Shown: positions 39,682-50,763, counted from the first letter of the stretch. The stretch is 64,000 nucleotides of DNA from Gammaproteobacteria bacterium (GCA_041556555.1 JBFFIE010000006.1:5452-69451), one strand, 5' to 3'. The notes: a model not told the origin generated them from the letters alone. Numbers and translations are program-made.

Positions 39682-41028
39682 ATGTCCTCTGATTTTGCCA
39701 AGCGTGATTTAAATGTAGTCTGGCACCCATGCACCCAGATGAAAGATCATGAAACCATTCCCCTGATAACCATCAGGCGGGGGAAAGGTGTCTGGCTGGA
39801 AGATACGGATGGAAATCGTTACATAGATGCAATCAGTTCCTGGTGGGTCAACCTGTTTGGTCACAGCAACCCCGTTATTAATGCAGCGATTAGTCGCCAG
39901 GTCGAGCAAATTGAACATGTGATGCTGGCAGGGCTCTCCCATGAACCGGTGATCAGCCTGTCGGAAGAACTGGTTTCACTGACGCCACCGGGACTGGCCC
40001 ATTGCTTTTATGCCGATAATGGATCTTCCGCTATCGAGGTTGCCCTGAAAATGAGTTTCCATTACTGGCGAAACATGGGGAAACACAGGAAACAGCGTTT
40101 TATCAGCCTTGATAACAGTTATCATGGTGAGACGCTGGGTGCCCTGTCTGTCGGCAACGTTGCCTTATATAAGGAGACGTACTCACCGCTTCTCCTTGAC
40201 ACTCTTATTGCCCCGAGTCCGGATTGCTACGATCGGGAGCCGGGTGAGTCGTGGGATTCACACAGCCGCAAGCAATTCACTGAAATGGAGAAGCTGCTAC
40301 AGCAACATGCCGATGAGGTTTGTGCCGTATTTATTGAGCCCCTGGTCCAGTGCGCGGGCAATATGCGCATGTATCATCCAGTATATCTGTCCCTTCTGAG
40401 AGAAGCCTGTGATCGTTATGGTGTGCATCTTATTGCAGATGAGATCGCAGTTGGCTTTGGCCGCACAGGCACCATGTTTGCCTGTGAACAGGCCGATATC
40501 ACACCGGACTTCCTGTGTTTGTCCAAGGGCCTGACCGGTGGTTATCTGCCGTTGGCCGTTACCATGACGACAGACGAGGTGTACCGGGCGTTTTACGATG
40601 ACTACATCAACCTGACGGCTTTTCTGCACTCCCACAGTTATACTGGTAATCCACTGGGCTGTGTCGCCGCCCTGGCTACCCTTGAACTGTTTACGGCGTC
40701 TGATGTGTTGGGCAGAAACCGTGAACTGGCTGGGCAAATGCAGAACATGACGCGGGACCTCATTGACCATCCGAACGTAGCCGATGTCCGTCAACATGGC
40801 ATGATCCTCGCTATTGAACTGATCAAGAACAGGGAAACCCGTGAGCCTTTCCCCTGGCAGGAACGACGCGGCATGAGAGTGTATCAATATGGCTTGACCC
40901 GGGGTGTGTTCTTGCGTCCGCTCGGCAACGTGGTTTACCTGATGCCTCCTTATGTGATCAGTAATGATGAACTGGCCCAGGTGATCCGCGTGGCCGGGGA
41001 AGGTATAGACAAGGCCGTGCAGGACTAG
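39682..41028 (+). CDS. bioA: Adenosylmethionine-8-amino-7-oxononanoate aminotransferase
   Basis: 448 aa class III aminotransferase. BioA-specific N-terminal motifs are present (VWHPCTQM, ISSWWVNLFGH). Confidence 0.88.
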   Translation: MSSDFAKRDLNVVWHPCTQMKDHETIPLITIRRGKGVWLEDTDGNRYIDAISSWWVNLFGHSNPVINAAISRQVEQIEHVMLAGLSHEPVISLSEELVSLTPPGLAHCFYADNGSSAIEVALKMSFHYWRNMGKHRKQRFISLDNSYHGETLGALSVGNVALYKETYSPLLLDTLIAPSPDCYDREPGESWDSHSRKQFTEMEKLLQQHADEVCAVFIEPLVQCAGNMRMYHPVYLSLLREACDRYGVHLIADEIAVGFGRTGTMFACEQADITPDFLCLSKGLTGGYLPLAVTMTTDEVYRAFYDDYINLTAFLHSHSYTGNPLGCVAALATLELFTASDVLGRNRELAGQMQNMTRDLIDHPNVADVRQHGMILAIELIKNRETREPFPWQERRGMRVYQYGLTRGVFLRPLGNVVYLMPPYVISNDELAQVIRVAGEGIDKAVQD

Positions 41029-41030
41029 CC

Positions 41031-41759
41031 ATGCGCACACTCAGGGTCTTTGTAGACGCACCGCTTGCGGCAGGCTCAAGCCAGATACTTGCAAACGAGA
41101 CCGCACATCACCTGAGAACGGTATTGCGCATCAAACCAGGCCAGTCCTTGCAGGTGTTCAACGGCAAAGGCGGCTATTTTGATGCCAACATTACTGCGTG
41201 CAATAAAAAGCAGGTAAGCATCGAGCTTGGTCAACACCATGAGGTCGACAATGAATCACCCCTTGCCATTACGCTATTACAGGGCATATCACGTGGACAA
41301 AAAATGGACCTGGCCCTGCAAAAGGCCGTGGAACTCGGCGTGACCCGGGTGATCCCGGTCAACTGTTGCCATACCGGTGTCAAGCTGGACCAGGACAAGA
41401 CCGGGAAACGCCGCGACCATTGGCAAAAGATCGCTATCAATGCCTGCGAGCAATGTGGCAGGAATACAGTCCCAGATGTGGATTTACCCCAGGATTTCAA
41501 TGAGGCCCTTGCGGCTCAGCCAGAAGGACTGAAGATTATCCTCCACCCTGCCGACGGAGTGTCCTTGCAATCACTGGATCCACCTCATCATGTGATATTG
41601 CTGGTTGGCCCGGAAGGCGGTTTCAGTGAAACTGAAATCGAACAGGCCAGGAAGGCAGCATTTCAGAGCGTCACGCTCGGTCCCCGCGTATTACGTACAG
41701 AAACGGCAGCCATGGCGGCGCTGGCGGCGTGTCAGGCCCTGTGGGGAGATATCCGGTAA
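41031..41759 (+). CDS. rsmE: 16S rRNA (uracil1498-N3)-methyltransferase
   Basis: 242 aa with an RsmE PUA-like N-domain and a SPOUT C-domain (LLVGPEGGFSETE). Confidence 0.85.
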   Translation: MRTLRVFVDAPLAAGSSQILANETAHHLRTVLRIKPGQSLQVFNGKGGYFDANITACNKKQVSIELGQHHEVDNESPLAITLLQGISRGQKMDLALQKAVELGVTRVIPVNCCHTGVKLDQDKTGKRRDHWQKIAINACEQCGRNTVPDVDLPQDFNEALAAQPEGLKIILHPADGVSLQSLDPPHHVILLVGPEGGFSETEIEQARKAAFQSVTLGPRVLRTETAAMAALAACQALWGDIR

Positions 41760-41800
41760 AATCTACTTCTCACTCATGTTTAAGCTACAATGAAACCGTT

Positions 41801-43123
41801 ATGATGAATCAGACCGTGCCACATTTGACAACGGCTCTCAGTGGGCCACTGCACCTGGTCGAAAGCCATTTACAGTCGCATATGACAGAAATTGAATCCT
41901 GGTTCCGGTGTCAGTGGAAGCATGTCAAGGAGCCATTTTACACCTCAGTCGATATTCGCAATGCCGGTTACAAGATCGCCCCGGTTGATACCAATCTGTT
42001 TCCTGCCGGTTTTAATAACCTGAATCCCGTATTTGAATCCCTCTGTATCCAAGCGGTGCAGTTGACCATTGAGCGTATGGCCGAACCAATCGACCGGATC
42101 ATGGTGATTCCCGAAAAACATACCCGCAACCTCTATTATCTTGAAAACCTGGCGGTACTGGTTGAGATCATAGAGAAGGCCGGTTTCGAGGTCCGGATTG
42201 GCTCAACCCTGGAGGACCTTGAGGCACCTAAAACCATAGCGTTGGATTCAGGCCGTGAAGTGGTTCTCGAACCTGTAACCCGTGAGGGCAGTAAACTGCA
42301 AGTCGGTGACTTCGTGCCGGAACTTATTATCCTCAATAATGATTTGTCTTCGGGACGGCCGGCCCTGCTGGAAAATCTTAATCAACGTATTACGCCTGAT
42401 TTAAACATGGGCTGGAGCACTCGGCTCAAGTCTACCCATTTTGCCCATTACCAGACCGTGTGTCAGGATTTTGGCAAGCACATCGGTCTTGATCCATGGT
42501 TGATCGATCCCCTGTTTCGAAATTGTGGCGAGATCGACTTTATGAAACGGGAAGGGGAATCCTGCCTGGAAAAAAACGTGGCTGCCCTGCTGGAAGAGAT
42601 TCGCAAAAAGTACGATGAATATGATGTGCAGTGTGAACCCTTTGTCATGATCAAGGCCGATAGCGGGACCTATGGCATGGGCATTATGACAGTGAAGGGT
42701 GTTGATGAAATCAAGGACCTGAATCGCAAACAACGCACCCGCATGGCTACGGTCAAGGAAGGGCAGAAGGTTAGCAAGGTCCTGATCCAGGAAGGGGTGT
42801 ACACCCATGAAAAATGGGGTGATGTCGATTCAGTTGCTGAACCGGTAGTGTATCTCGTTGGCCACAGTGTGGTCGGAGGTTTTTATCGGGTGCACAGCGG
42901 CCGTTCCGCGAATGAGAACCTCAATTCACCCGGGATGCGTTTTGAGCCCTTGGCGTTCGATGATTGTTGTATATCGCCGGACAAGCACCAGTCACCTGAT
43001 GCGCATGCCAATCGCTTTTATACTTATGGTGTAATTGCGCGGCTCGCCATGCTGGCAGCAGCCAGGGAAATGACCGGCACTACTCCGGCGGCGGCTGCTT
43101 CAAATTCTTCCGGATGTAACTGA
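41801..43123 (+). CDS. gshA: Glutamate--cysteine ligase, GshA family of the Acidithiobacillus-type (pfam08886-like)
   Basis: About 440 aa counted from the ATG at 41801. It has ATP-grasp-like features (MIKADSGTYGMG). The family assignment rests on recognition alone and needs an HMM check. Confidence 0.5.
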   Translation: MMNQTVPHLTTALSGPLHLVESHLQSHMTEIESWFRCQWKHVKEPFYTSVDIRNAGYKIAPVDTNLFPAGFNNLNPVFESLCIQAVQLTIERMAEPIDRIMVIPEKHTRNLYYLENLAVLVEIIEKAGFEVRIGSTLEDLEAPKTIALDSGREVVLEPVTREGSKLQVGDFVPELIILNNDLSSGRPALLENLNQRITPDLNMGWSTRLKSTHFAHYQTVCQDFGKHIGLDPWLIDPLFRNCGEIDFMKREGESCLEKNVAALLEEIRKKYDEYDVQCEPFVMIKADSGTYGMGIMTVKGVDEIKDLNRKQRTRMATVKEGQKVSKVLIQEGVYTHEKWGDVDSVAEPVVYLVGHSVVGGFYRVHSGRSANENLNSPGMRFEPLAFDDCCISPDKHQSPDAHANRFYTYGVIARLAMLAAAREMTGTTPAAAASNSSGCN

Positions 43124-43823
43124 TATTCCGACGGCTCACCGCCAACCTGGCATCTACTCCATTCAGCAAGATTTCCGGTTGGCCCTGATCATCTTTGACG
43201 ATACTGTCAATATGTTTGCGGGCAACCAGCGCATTACGGTGAATCCGAACAAACTGATCCCCGAATTCTTCTTCCAGTGACTGCAAGGATTCGTCCAGCA
43301 ACAACTGGCCACCTGGCCAGCCAGCGACGACATATTTTTGTTCTGCCTTGAAGTAACGGATGTCTTCAACAGCTACCAGTTTCAATTCACCTTTAAATGT
43401 TGCACTGAGGTAAGTCCTGTTTTTCTCAGGTTCCTGTTCTCGTCTTAGCTGGTTAATTGCTGCCTCTTTCAACAAGCTGGCACGACGTAACGCCAGTTCA
43501 AGCCGGTCTTTTTTTACGGGCTTGAGCAGGTAATCAATAGCGTGAGCCTCAAAGGCCTGCAAGGCATGGTCTTCATATGCGGTGGTAAAGATGATTACCG
43601 GGCCGGGGTCGAGGTGACTCAGGTGATGTGCCGCTTCGAGGCCGTCCATCACCGGCATGCGGATATCCATCAAGATAATATCTGCTGGCGATGAGGACAT
43701 TTTGTTTACCGCATCCAGACCATTTTCCGCCTGCTCGGTTTCATAGTGCTCGTCAATATCGGCCGTAAGTCTCTGCAACCGTTCCCTGGCCAGTGGCTCA
43801 TCATCAACGATCAATATCTTCAT
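43080..43823 (-). CDS. LytTR-family response regulator (AlgR-like)
   Basis: A REC domain ([21 protein letters not shown]) is followed by a C-terminal LytTR DNA-binding domain. It is coupled to the upstream kinase through a 20-nt overlap. Confidence 0.85.
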   Translation of the reverse strand: MKILIVDDEPLARERLQRLTADIDEHYETEQAENGLDAVNKMSSSPADIILMDIRMPVMDGLEAAHHLSHLDPGPVIIFTTAYEDHALQAFEAHAIDYLLKPVKKDRLELALRRASLLKEAAINQLRREQEPEKNRTYLSATFKGELKLVAVEDIRYFKAEQKYVVAGWPGGQLLLDESLQSLEEEFGDQFVRIHRNALVARKHIDSIVKDDQGQPEILLNGVDARLAVSRRNISYIRKNLKQPPPE

Positions 43824-44865
43824 ATGGATACGGTATCACGATTTCGGCACAGTACTCATCGCCTTCTATGTAGGATGAGAGTTTTCCACGGTGACCGAAA
43901 AAAACCTCGACACGTTGGCGTATGTTTTTCAACGCCAGCTGATTGCCGCTGTGTGGATCGGTCGGATCATCTTCCGGCAGTGGATTGATGACCTGAATGG
44001 TGAAGGCTTTCGGATCTTTCCTGCCGCGGATAGTAATATAGCCGCCTTCCGGTAATCGCTCGATGCCGTGGTATATCGCGTTTTCAATCAGAGGTTGCAC
44101 CGTCAGCGAGGGCAAACGGGCATCCAGTGGCAGGTCATCCAAATCCCAGTTGACCGTAAGCCGTTTACCCAGCCGGTGTTCCTCGATCCGCAAATAGCCA
44201 CGGCAAAGCGAGATTTCCTCACTCACGTTGACCAGTTGCCGGGCATCCTGCAGGCTGACACGGAACAGATCGGAAAGGTCTTCAATGGCCTCTTCCGCAA
44301 GTCGGGGTTCACTGCGTGTCAGACTGGCAATGATGTTCATGCAGTTGAAAAGAAAATGTGGTCTGATGCGGGACTGTAAGGCCTGGATGCGGGATTCCGA
44401 TTCCCGTTCCAGGTTTCGTCGCCATTGATGCTGAACATAGAAATAGCGAAGTGCCAGCGCACTGACAATCGCACTGATGCCCAGTGATCGGCCGGTAAAC
44501 AGGGCGTGTGAATCGGTGCTGCCAAATGACAGCTCCGGCGAATTCTGGATTAACCACCAGGCGATCTCGGTAATGACAAGGCTTACCAGCAGGATTAACA
44601 GGTAACTCAGTGTCGCCACGACCGGGTCAGGCAGCTTTTTGAGATAGGGTCGACTGATGCATAACATGGCCACGCTGCTCAACGCTATCCACTGAATGAA
44701 CAGGGAGTAATGTGCGAGGTCAGATGCACTCCTGAGCAGACGTGTAGAAAGTCCCAGTGTCAACAAGATCGCTAACAATTCGGCGATCAGTACAACTACG
44801 AAGACCATGCGCACATTGCAGAAATCGGGCAGAAATGAGCTGTTGTCAAGGTCGTCGGAATTCAT
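43804..44865 (-). CDS. LytS/YehU-type (pfam06580) sensor histidine kinase, AlgZ/FimS-like
   Basis: Four TM helices or so precede an His_kinase internal region ([15 protein letters not shown]) and an HATPase. The likely start is the ATG at 44865 (MNSDD...FLPDFC). The ORF caller's GTG at 44940 would leave 14 bp to argH. The gene is divergent from argH, as algZ is in Pseudomonas. Confidence 0.75.
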   Translation of the reverse strand: MNSDDLDNSSFLPDFCNVRMVFVVVLIAELLAILLTLGLSTRLLRSASDLAHYSLFIQWIALSSVAMLCISRPYLKKLPDPVVATLSYLLILLVSLVITEIAWWLIQNSPELSFGSTDSHALFTGRSLGISAIVSALALRYFYVQHQWRRNLERESESRIQALQSRIRPHFLFNCMNIIASLTRSEPRLAEEAIEDLSDLFRVSLQDARQLVNVSEEISLCRGYLRIEEHRLGKRLTVNWDLDDLPLDARLPSLTVQPLIENAIYHGIERLPEGGYITIRGRKDPKAFTIQVINPLPEDDPTDPHSGNQLALKNIRQRVEVFFGHRGKLSSYIEGDEYCAEIVIPYPYEDIDR

Positions 44866-44954
44866 GGTTTGAAAACAATTATTTGTTGTACGCTTGCGAT
44901 ATAATGCGGGCCATTCCCCGGCAGCATAATGCCAGTGCACAGTATACAGCCGAT

Positions 44955-46358
44955 ATGACTACAAAAAACAAAAACACCAAGCCCTGGAGCGGACGGTTCA
45001 CCATGCCAACTGCTGAATTCGTGGAATGTTTCACTGAATCGGTGTCCTATGATCAACGTCTGGCTCTGGTGGACATCAAGGGTTCGATGGCACATGCAGA
45101 AATGCTCGCTCACGCCGGCGTATTGAGCAAACAGGAAGCCAAACAGATCACCCAGGGCCTGAAGGCTATTGAGAAACAGATTCAACAGGGCAAGTTCAAG
45201 TGGGATCCGGCCCTGGAAGATGTACACATGAACATCGAGTCTGCACTGACGGCACAGATCGGTGATGTTGGCAAGAAATTGCACACCGGCCGTTCACGTA
45301 ATGATCAGGTGGCAACGGATATCCGTCTCTACCTGCGGGATGAAATACAGGCCATTCGTCGATTATTGACCGAGGTCATGTCCACATTACTGGATATCGC
45401 CGAGAAAGAGACTGAAACGATCATGCCCGGCTTCACGCATTTACAAACTGCGCAGCCCATCACCTTCGGACATCACATGCTGGCCTGGTTCGAAATGCTT
45501 TACCGCGACAGCCTGCGTCTGGAGGATTGCCGGAAACGTGTCAACGTGATGCCTCTGGGTGCCGGCGCACTGGCTGGTACCAGTTACCCGATCGACCGCG
45601 CGTATACGGCAAAGCTGCTGGATTTCCCGGCCATCACGGAAAACTCACTGGATGCAGTCAGTGATCGCGATTTTGCCATCGAATTTTGCCATTGTGCGGC
45701 CGTTATCATGATGCACTTGTCGCGTTTTTCCGAGGAACTGGTTCTATGGATGTCACAGCAGTTTGCGTTTATCGATCTGGACGATGCCTGGTGTACCGGA
45801 TCGTCGATCATGCCGCAAAAGAAAAACCCGGACATACCGGAACTGGTGCGGGGCAAAACCGGCCGGGTCTATGGTCATCTCATGGCCTTGCTGACGCTGA
45901 TGAAGTCTCAGCCCCTTGCCTATAACCGGGACAACCAGGAAGACAAGTTGGCCCTGTTTGATGCCATCGATACTGTCAAACAGAGTTTGCAGGCCTACCT
46001 GGGGATCATTCCCGGTATCAAGGTTAGGGCAGAGAACATGCGAGCGGCTGCAAATCAGGGGTATGCCACGGCCACCGACCTTGCAGATTATCTGGTCCGC
46101 AAGCAAGTTCCGTTTCGTGATGCCCATGCCATTGTCGGCCAGGTAGTGCATTACGCGATTGAGCAAAACAAATCACTGTCGAAGTTGTCTATTAAAGAAC
46201 TGCAGCAATTCTCAAAACAAATAGATCAGGATGTCTTTGCTTGCCTGAGCCTGGAAGGGTCCGTCTCTGCACGGGCCCATGTCGGCGGGACAGCGCCTAA
46301 ACAGGTGCAAAAGGCGATCAAGCAAGCGCATAAGCGCCTGGCAAAAATCACAATTTAA
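44955..46358 (+). CDS. argH: Argininosuccinate lyase
   Basis: The ATG at 44955 gives [15 protein letters not shown]. The [12 protein letters not shown] signature is present. The upstream extension in the called ORF is spurious. Confidence 0.9.
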   Translation: MTTKNKNTKPWSGRFTMPTAEFVECFTESVSYDQRLALVDIKGSMAHAEMLAHAGVLSKQEAKQITQGLKAIEKQIQQGKFKWDPALEDVHMNIESALTAQIGDVGKKLHTGRSRNDQVATDIRLYLRDEIQAIRRLLTEVMSTLLDIAEKETETIMPGFTHLQTAQPITFGHHMLAWFEMLYRDSLRLEDCRKRVNVMPLGAGALAGTSYPIDRAYTAKLLDFPAITENSLDAVSDRDFAIEFCHCAAVIMMHLSRFSEELVLWMSQQFAFIDLDDAWCTGSSIMPQKKNPDIPELVRGKTGRVYGHLMALLTLMKSQPLAYNRDNQEDKLALFDAIDTVKQSLQAYLGIIPGIKVRAENMRAAANQGYATATDLADYLVRKQVPFRDAHAIVGQVVHYAIEQNKSLSKLSIKELQQFSKQIDQDVFACLSLEGSVSARAHVGGTAPKQVQKAIKQAHKRLAKITI

Positions 46359-46370
46359 AGACGGAGCAGC

Positions 46371-49169
46371 ATGAAAAAAATTTTCAAGCGAGTAATTATA
46401 GTTACCCTTATCCTCATCGTGGCACTGGTGTTGATCGCTGGTATAACTCTCGCCGTATTCGATCCCAATGAGCACAAGGATTTTATTGTTTCCCGAGTTG
46501 AGCAGGCGACGGGACGATCGTTTGCCATCACGGGTGATATCAAACTCAGCTATTATCCCTGGCTGGGTCTGGAAGCGGGTGGTATTACCCTGGGCAATGC
46601 CAAAGGCTTCGGCAAGGAGCCGATGTTACAACTGGACAAGGTAGCAGTGCGCATCAAGACCCTGCCGTTGTTCAGTGAGCAATACATCCTTGATACCTTC
46701 CGCCTTACCGGGTTGCGACTCAATCTCGCGAAAAACAAGGACGGCAAGACCAACTGGCAAGATCTGGCTGCGGGCGATGGCAAACCCGCAGACAAGCTTG
46801 CCCGGGAAGAACGGCCGGACAAACCTAGTCCCAAGTTACTGGGTGCCCTGGTGCTGGGTGGTGTCGATGTCCGCGATGTGGAACTGAATTGGGATGATCA
46901 GGCCAGTCAACAAAAAGTCAGGATAAGTAACGTCAAGTTCAAGACGGGCGAATTGACTTACGGCGCTCCGATTGACCTTGACCTCAGCCTCAATACCTCG
47001 TCCAACAAGCCCGCCCTGAAAACCACCTTAAACCTGAACGGGACCCTGAATTACAACCAGGACACCGAGATTTATGCCTTTGAGCCCATTGATCTCAAGC
47101 TCAAACTGACCGGCGATAGCGTTCCCGGCGGATCCACGGACCTGGTCATGAAAGGCGGTCTCGAGGCCAATCTTGATGATGACACAGCGACGATCCGGGG
47201 CCTGACCATCGATGTGCTGAATACCCACGTCGAGGCCGATATCAAGGCCAGCGAGGTACAATCCGATGAGCCCCACACCGAAGGACAGCTACTGGCCAAG
47301 GGTAGCGACCTGGCGCAGCTGCTGAGTATCTTCGAAATCCCCGCCGGCAAGGACCTGGCGCGGCTGAAAGACCGTTCATTCGATATTCAGCTGGGCTTTA
47401 ATGCCAACCCGGCAAAGGGTGATATCAAGGTTGATCAACTGAATGTACGGGCCCTGGGAATCAAGGCCGACGGCAGTCTTGATGCATCGGCCATAACCTC
47501 CAGCAAGGGCAAGATGGACGGTCAACTGAACGCCACCGGCAAGGACCTGGGTCCGTTGTTAGCGGCCCTGGGACAGGGGGATCTGGGGGAGGTGCTGCAA
47601 CAGGCCAGCCTGAATGCCAAACTCAAGGGCGACAAGGGCGAATTCCAGATCAGCCCCTTGCAGGTAAAAACCACCTTCTCCGGTCCCAAGATTCCCAACT
47701 CGCCGGTGGACATTACCCTCACAGCCGACACCCGTGCCAACCTGGACAAGGGGCGCCTTGAGATCCCCAGCCTCAACCTCAAGGGACTGGGCCTGGATCT
47801 GTCGGCCAAGCTGAATGCAGAAAACATCATGGAAGACCCGGCCTATGAGGGCCAGATTCAGTTGGCTGAATTCAACCTGCGAAAACTCGCCGGCCAGCTC
47901 AACCAGACATTGCCGAACATGGCCGATAAACAGGCCCTGAAGAAAGTGGCCCTAGGTACAGAATTTTCCGGCCACCTGAACCTGCTGGAGCTGGATAAGC
48001 TGCAGGTGACTCTGGATGACACGACTCTCAAGGGTGATGTGTCGGTTGCAGACTTCGCGGATCCGGACATCGAGTTTGACTTGAAGGTCGATAGCATCAA
48101 TGCAGACCGCTATTTGCCACCGAAACAGGAAGGCAAGAAAACCGCTGCAGCCACGCCGGAAACGACCTCCGGTGCAGCATCCGAGTTACCCGTTGAGACC
48201 CTGCGCGCCCTCAAGGCCAAGGGTGACCTGTCGGCAGAGCGGATTATCGTCTCCAACGCCACACTTCAGAATCTCAAGCTGGGCATCCGGGCCCGTGATG
48301 GAGACATTCGCCTCGAACCCATCAAGGCGGATCTGTACGAGGGCAAATACGATGCCGTCATTGATATGGATGCCAAGGGTGAAGCACTGAAACTGGTGAT
48401 CAATTCGCGACTGGACAAGGTAAACCTCGATCCCCTGCTGCGGGATTATCTGCAGCAAAAAGAATCACCCCTGGCCGGAATCGCCAACATATCACTCGAT
48501 GATATCCGCGCGACCGGTAAAAATACGGATCAGGTCAAGCAAACGCTGACTGGTAAAGGGCGTATGGAAGTCAAGCAAGGTATTCTGCGAGGGATTGATA
48601 TCGCCAATGTCCTCGAACAGATCGAAGTCATGCTGGAAAGTAAGCGTTATACCCAGATCGACTCCAGCGGCAACACACCGTTTGAAGAACTCAGCGCTAC
48701 GCTCGATATCAACAAAGGCGTGATTACCAACAAGGATCTGATCATGCTCGCCAAGGGCTTCAAGGTGACCGGTGAAGGCATGATTGCCAATCTGAACGAT
48801 GAAACCATCAAGTACAACATGAAGACCCGTGTGGACGATTCCCGCACGGCGCGCGGTGAGGAAACCTTTAACATTGGTGGTTATGGTGTCCCTATCCAGT
48901 GCCGGGGCAGTTTTGAAAAGCCGAAATGTGTACCCGATGCCGATGAGATTGCCAAAGCACTTTTCAAGAAGAGCGGGGAAGACAAGTTAAAGGGATTGCT
49001 TGAAAAGAAACTGGGTCTCGGAGGTGACAAGACAGAAACCGCACCCGCAGATTCGACCGCGCCGGCCCAAAAACAGGAAGCCACACCGAAACAGGAGACG
49101 ACCGAGCCCAAGTCCAAGGAGGAACAATTGAAAGATACGGTCGAAGACGTGCTGAAAGGGTTCTTCTGA
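46371..49169 (+). CDS. AsmA-family outer-membrane assembly protein
   Basis: 932 aa with an N-terminal TM anchor. The AsmA N-domain and C-domain are present, and the central region is repetitive and beta-rich. Confidence 0.75.
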   Translation: MKKIFKRVIIVTLILIVALVLIAGITLAVFDPNEHKDFIVSRVEQATGRSFAITGDIKLSYYPWLGLEAGGITLGNAKGFGKEPMLQLDKVAVRIKTLPLFSEQYILDTFRLTGLRLNLAKNKDGKTNWQDLAAGDGKPADKLAREERPDKPSPKLLGALVLGGVDVRDVELNWDDQASQQKVRISNVKFKTGELTYGAPIDLDLSLNTSSNKPALKTTLNLNGTLNYNQDTEIYAFEPIDLKLKLTGDSVPGGSTDLVMKGGLEANLDDDTATIRGLTIDVLNTHVEADIKASEVQSDEPHTEGQLLAKGSDLAQLLSIFEIPAGKDLARLKDRSFDIQLGFNANPAKGDIKVDQLNVRALGIKADGSLDASAITSSKGKMDGQLNATGKDLGPLLAALGQGDLGEVLQQASLNAKLKGDKGEFQISPLQVKTTFSGPKIPNSPVDITLTADTRANLDKGRLEIPSLNLKGLGLDLSAKLNAENIMEDPAYEGQIQLAEFNLRKLAGQLNQTLPNMADKQALKKVALGTEFSGHLNLLELDKLQVTLDDTTLKGDVSVADFADPDIEFDLKVDSINADRYLPPKQEGKKTAAATPETTSGAASELPVETLRALKAKGDLSAERIIVSNATLQNLKLGIRARDGDIRLEPIKADLYEGKYDAVIDMDAKGEALKLVINSRLDKVNLDPLLRDYLQQKESPLAGIANISLDDIRATGKNTDQVKQTLTGKGRMEVKQGILRGIDIANVLEQIEVMLESKRYTQIDSSGNTPFEELSATLDINKGVITNKDLIMLAKGFKVTGEGMIANLNDETIKYNMKTRVDDSRTARGEETFNIGGYGVPIQCRGSFEKPKCVPDADEIAKALFKKSGEDKLKGLLEKKLGLGGDKTETAPADSTAPAQKQEATPKQETTEPKSKEEQLKDTVEDVLKGFF

Positions 49170-49715
49170 TTGAAATGGCCGGTGGCACTATTGTTGCTGT
49201 TGCTGTGTCATGCGCAGGCTGCACAGGCAGGTGAAATTCAGCAGGTATCCGTCACCCGGCAGGGACCAATCTACAGCATCAACTTCCTGGTGTTAATTGA
49301 GCGGGAATTATCGCAAGTAAGGTCACGGCTGCTTGAACATCAGCGCTTCCACGAACTCAGTGACATGGTTCTTGTGAGTAAACATCTGAGGGAAAATCAG
49401 ACGAATCTGCGGCAACTGGAAGTCAGGGCCTGCCTGATTTTCTTCTGCCCGGAGTTTGTGGTGCGTGAACGCATTGATCCCGGCCCGGACGGGTTTACCG
49501 CAACCGTGATCCCGGATCACAGTGACTTCTACAGCGGGGTGAGCCACTGGCTGCTGACATCAGACAGGCCTGGCCAGACTACACTGACGTTCAACAGCAT
49601 TCTCGAACCCAAGTTCTGGATCCCGCCCCTGATCGGTCCCTGGTACCTGGAAAAACGACTGACACGGGAACTTGGAATACTGATAGAGCGAGTAGAAACG
49701 GATGACCAACGATAA
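49170..49715 (+). CDS. Hypothetical secreted protein (possible SRPBCC/START-like fold)
   Basis: A signal peptide (MKWPVALLLLLLCHAQAAQA) is present. I see no clear motif. The gene is coupled to asmA (TGATTGAAATG). Confidence 0.4.
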   Translation: MKWPVALLLLLLCHAQAAQAGEIQQVSVTRQGPIYSINFLVLIERELSQVRSRLLEHQRFHELSDMVLVSKHLRENQTNLRQLEVRACLIFFCPEFVVRERIDPGPDGFTATVIPDHSDFYSGVSHWLLTSDRPGQTTLTFNSILEPKFWIPPLIGPWYLEKRLTRELGILIERVETDDQR

Positions 49716-50751
49716 ATTAGCCGGGAAGTTACTGGCGTGGTTTAAGCACCATGGCCGGCACGACCTGCCCTGGCAGGAAAACCCGACCCCTTACCGGGTC
49801 TGGGTCTCTGAAATCATGTTGCAACAGACCCAGGTCAAAACCGTCATCCCCTACTATCAGCGTTTCATGACACGGTTCCCGGACGTGGCTTGCCTGGCCC
49901 GGGCCGGGCAGGGCGAGGTCCTGCATGTCTGGACCGGTCTGGGTTATTACGCCCGCGCTCGTAACCTGCACCGTGCTGCCAAGGAAATCACGCAAAATCA
50001 CCACGGCCACTTTCCGGACACACTGGCAGGCCTGATGGCCCTGCCCGGTATCGGCCGTTCCACGGCCGGCGCCATACTCTCCCTGGCAATGGGTCGGCGT
50101 GCCGTGATTCTGGACGGCAATGTCAAACGGGTCCTGACCCGCTATCATGCCGTGACCGCTTGGCCGGGCAAGGTGGCCGTGCAAAACCAGCTCTGGGCCC
50201 TGGCTGACGAGCACACGCCGGTAAAGCGCGTTGCAGAATACTCCCAGGCCATCATGGACCTGGGGGCGACAATCTGCGTTCGACGCGATCCCCACTGTGA
50301 AAGCTGCCCGCTGAAAAATTCATGTCTTGCCAGTGCGCAGGGCAACCCAAATGATTACCCTGGTGCTCGAGCCGCCAAATCGAAACCGGTCAGGAAGGTC
50401 CTGTTTGCCGTTTTGAAAAACCAGTTCAACGAAATCCTGCTGGAACAGCGTTCACCAAACGGGGTGTGGGGCGGTCTGTGGAGTTTCCCCGAGTATGGAC
50501 CAGACTTTGATATTCAGGGCTGGATCACGCATGATCTTGGCCTGGTTGTAGAAAAGCTCGATTACCGCCCCCTGTTCCGGCATACCTTCAGTCACTTCCA
50601 CCTGGATATCACACCGGTACAGATTCAGGTCTCGAGCACATGTGGCCAGATCCAGGAGCCGGGCAAGTACTGCTGGTATCATCCGGCCAAAGACCAGCGA
50701 CTGGGCATGCCAAGGCCGGTGTGCCAGATCATGCAGCAGCTCGAAACGTGA
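49702..50751 (+). CDS. mutY: A/G-specific adenine DNA glycosylase
   Basis: An HhH-GPD domain, a 4Fe-4S cluster loop (CxxxxxxCxxCxxxxxC) and a NUDIX-like C-domain are present. Confidence 0.9.
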   Translation: MTNDKLAGKLLAWFKHHGRHDLPWQENPTPYRVWVSEIMLQQTQVKTVIPYYQRFMTRFPDVACLARAGQGEVLHVWTGLGYYARARNLHRAAKEITQNHHGHFPDTLAGLMALPGIGRSTAGAILSLAMGRRAVILDGNVKRVLTRYHAVTAWPGKVAVQNQLWALADEHTPVKRVAEYSQAIMDLGATICVRRDPHCESCPLKNSCLASAQGNPNDYPGARAAKSKPVRKVLFAVLKNQFNEILLEQRSPNGVWGGLWSFPEYGPDFDIQGWITHDLGLVVEKLDYRPLFRHTFSHFHLDITPVQIQVSSTCGQIQEPGKYCWYHPAKDQRLGMPRPVCQIMQQLET

Positions 50752-50763
50752 GGACATGACAGA

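Noticed and set aside
43080-43123. The 44-nt convergent overlap of the gshA-type and algR-like genes as a sign of a frameshift or misassembly.
   Set aside because: Both reading frames are continuous and both proteins have complete C-terminal domains. Convergent 3' overlaps of this size occur naturally.
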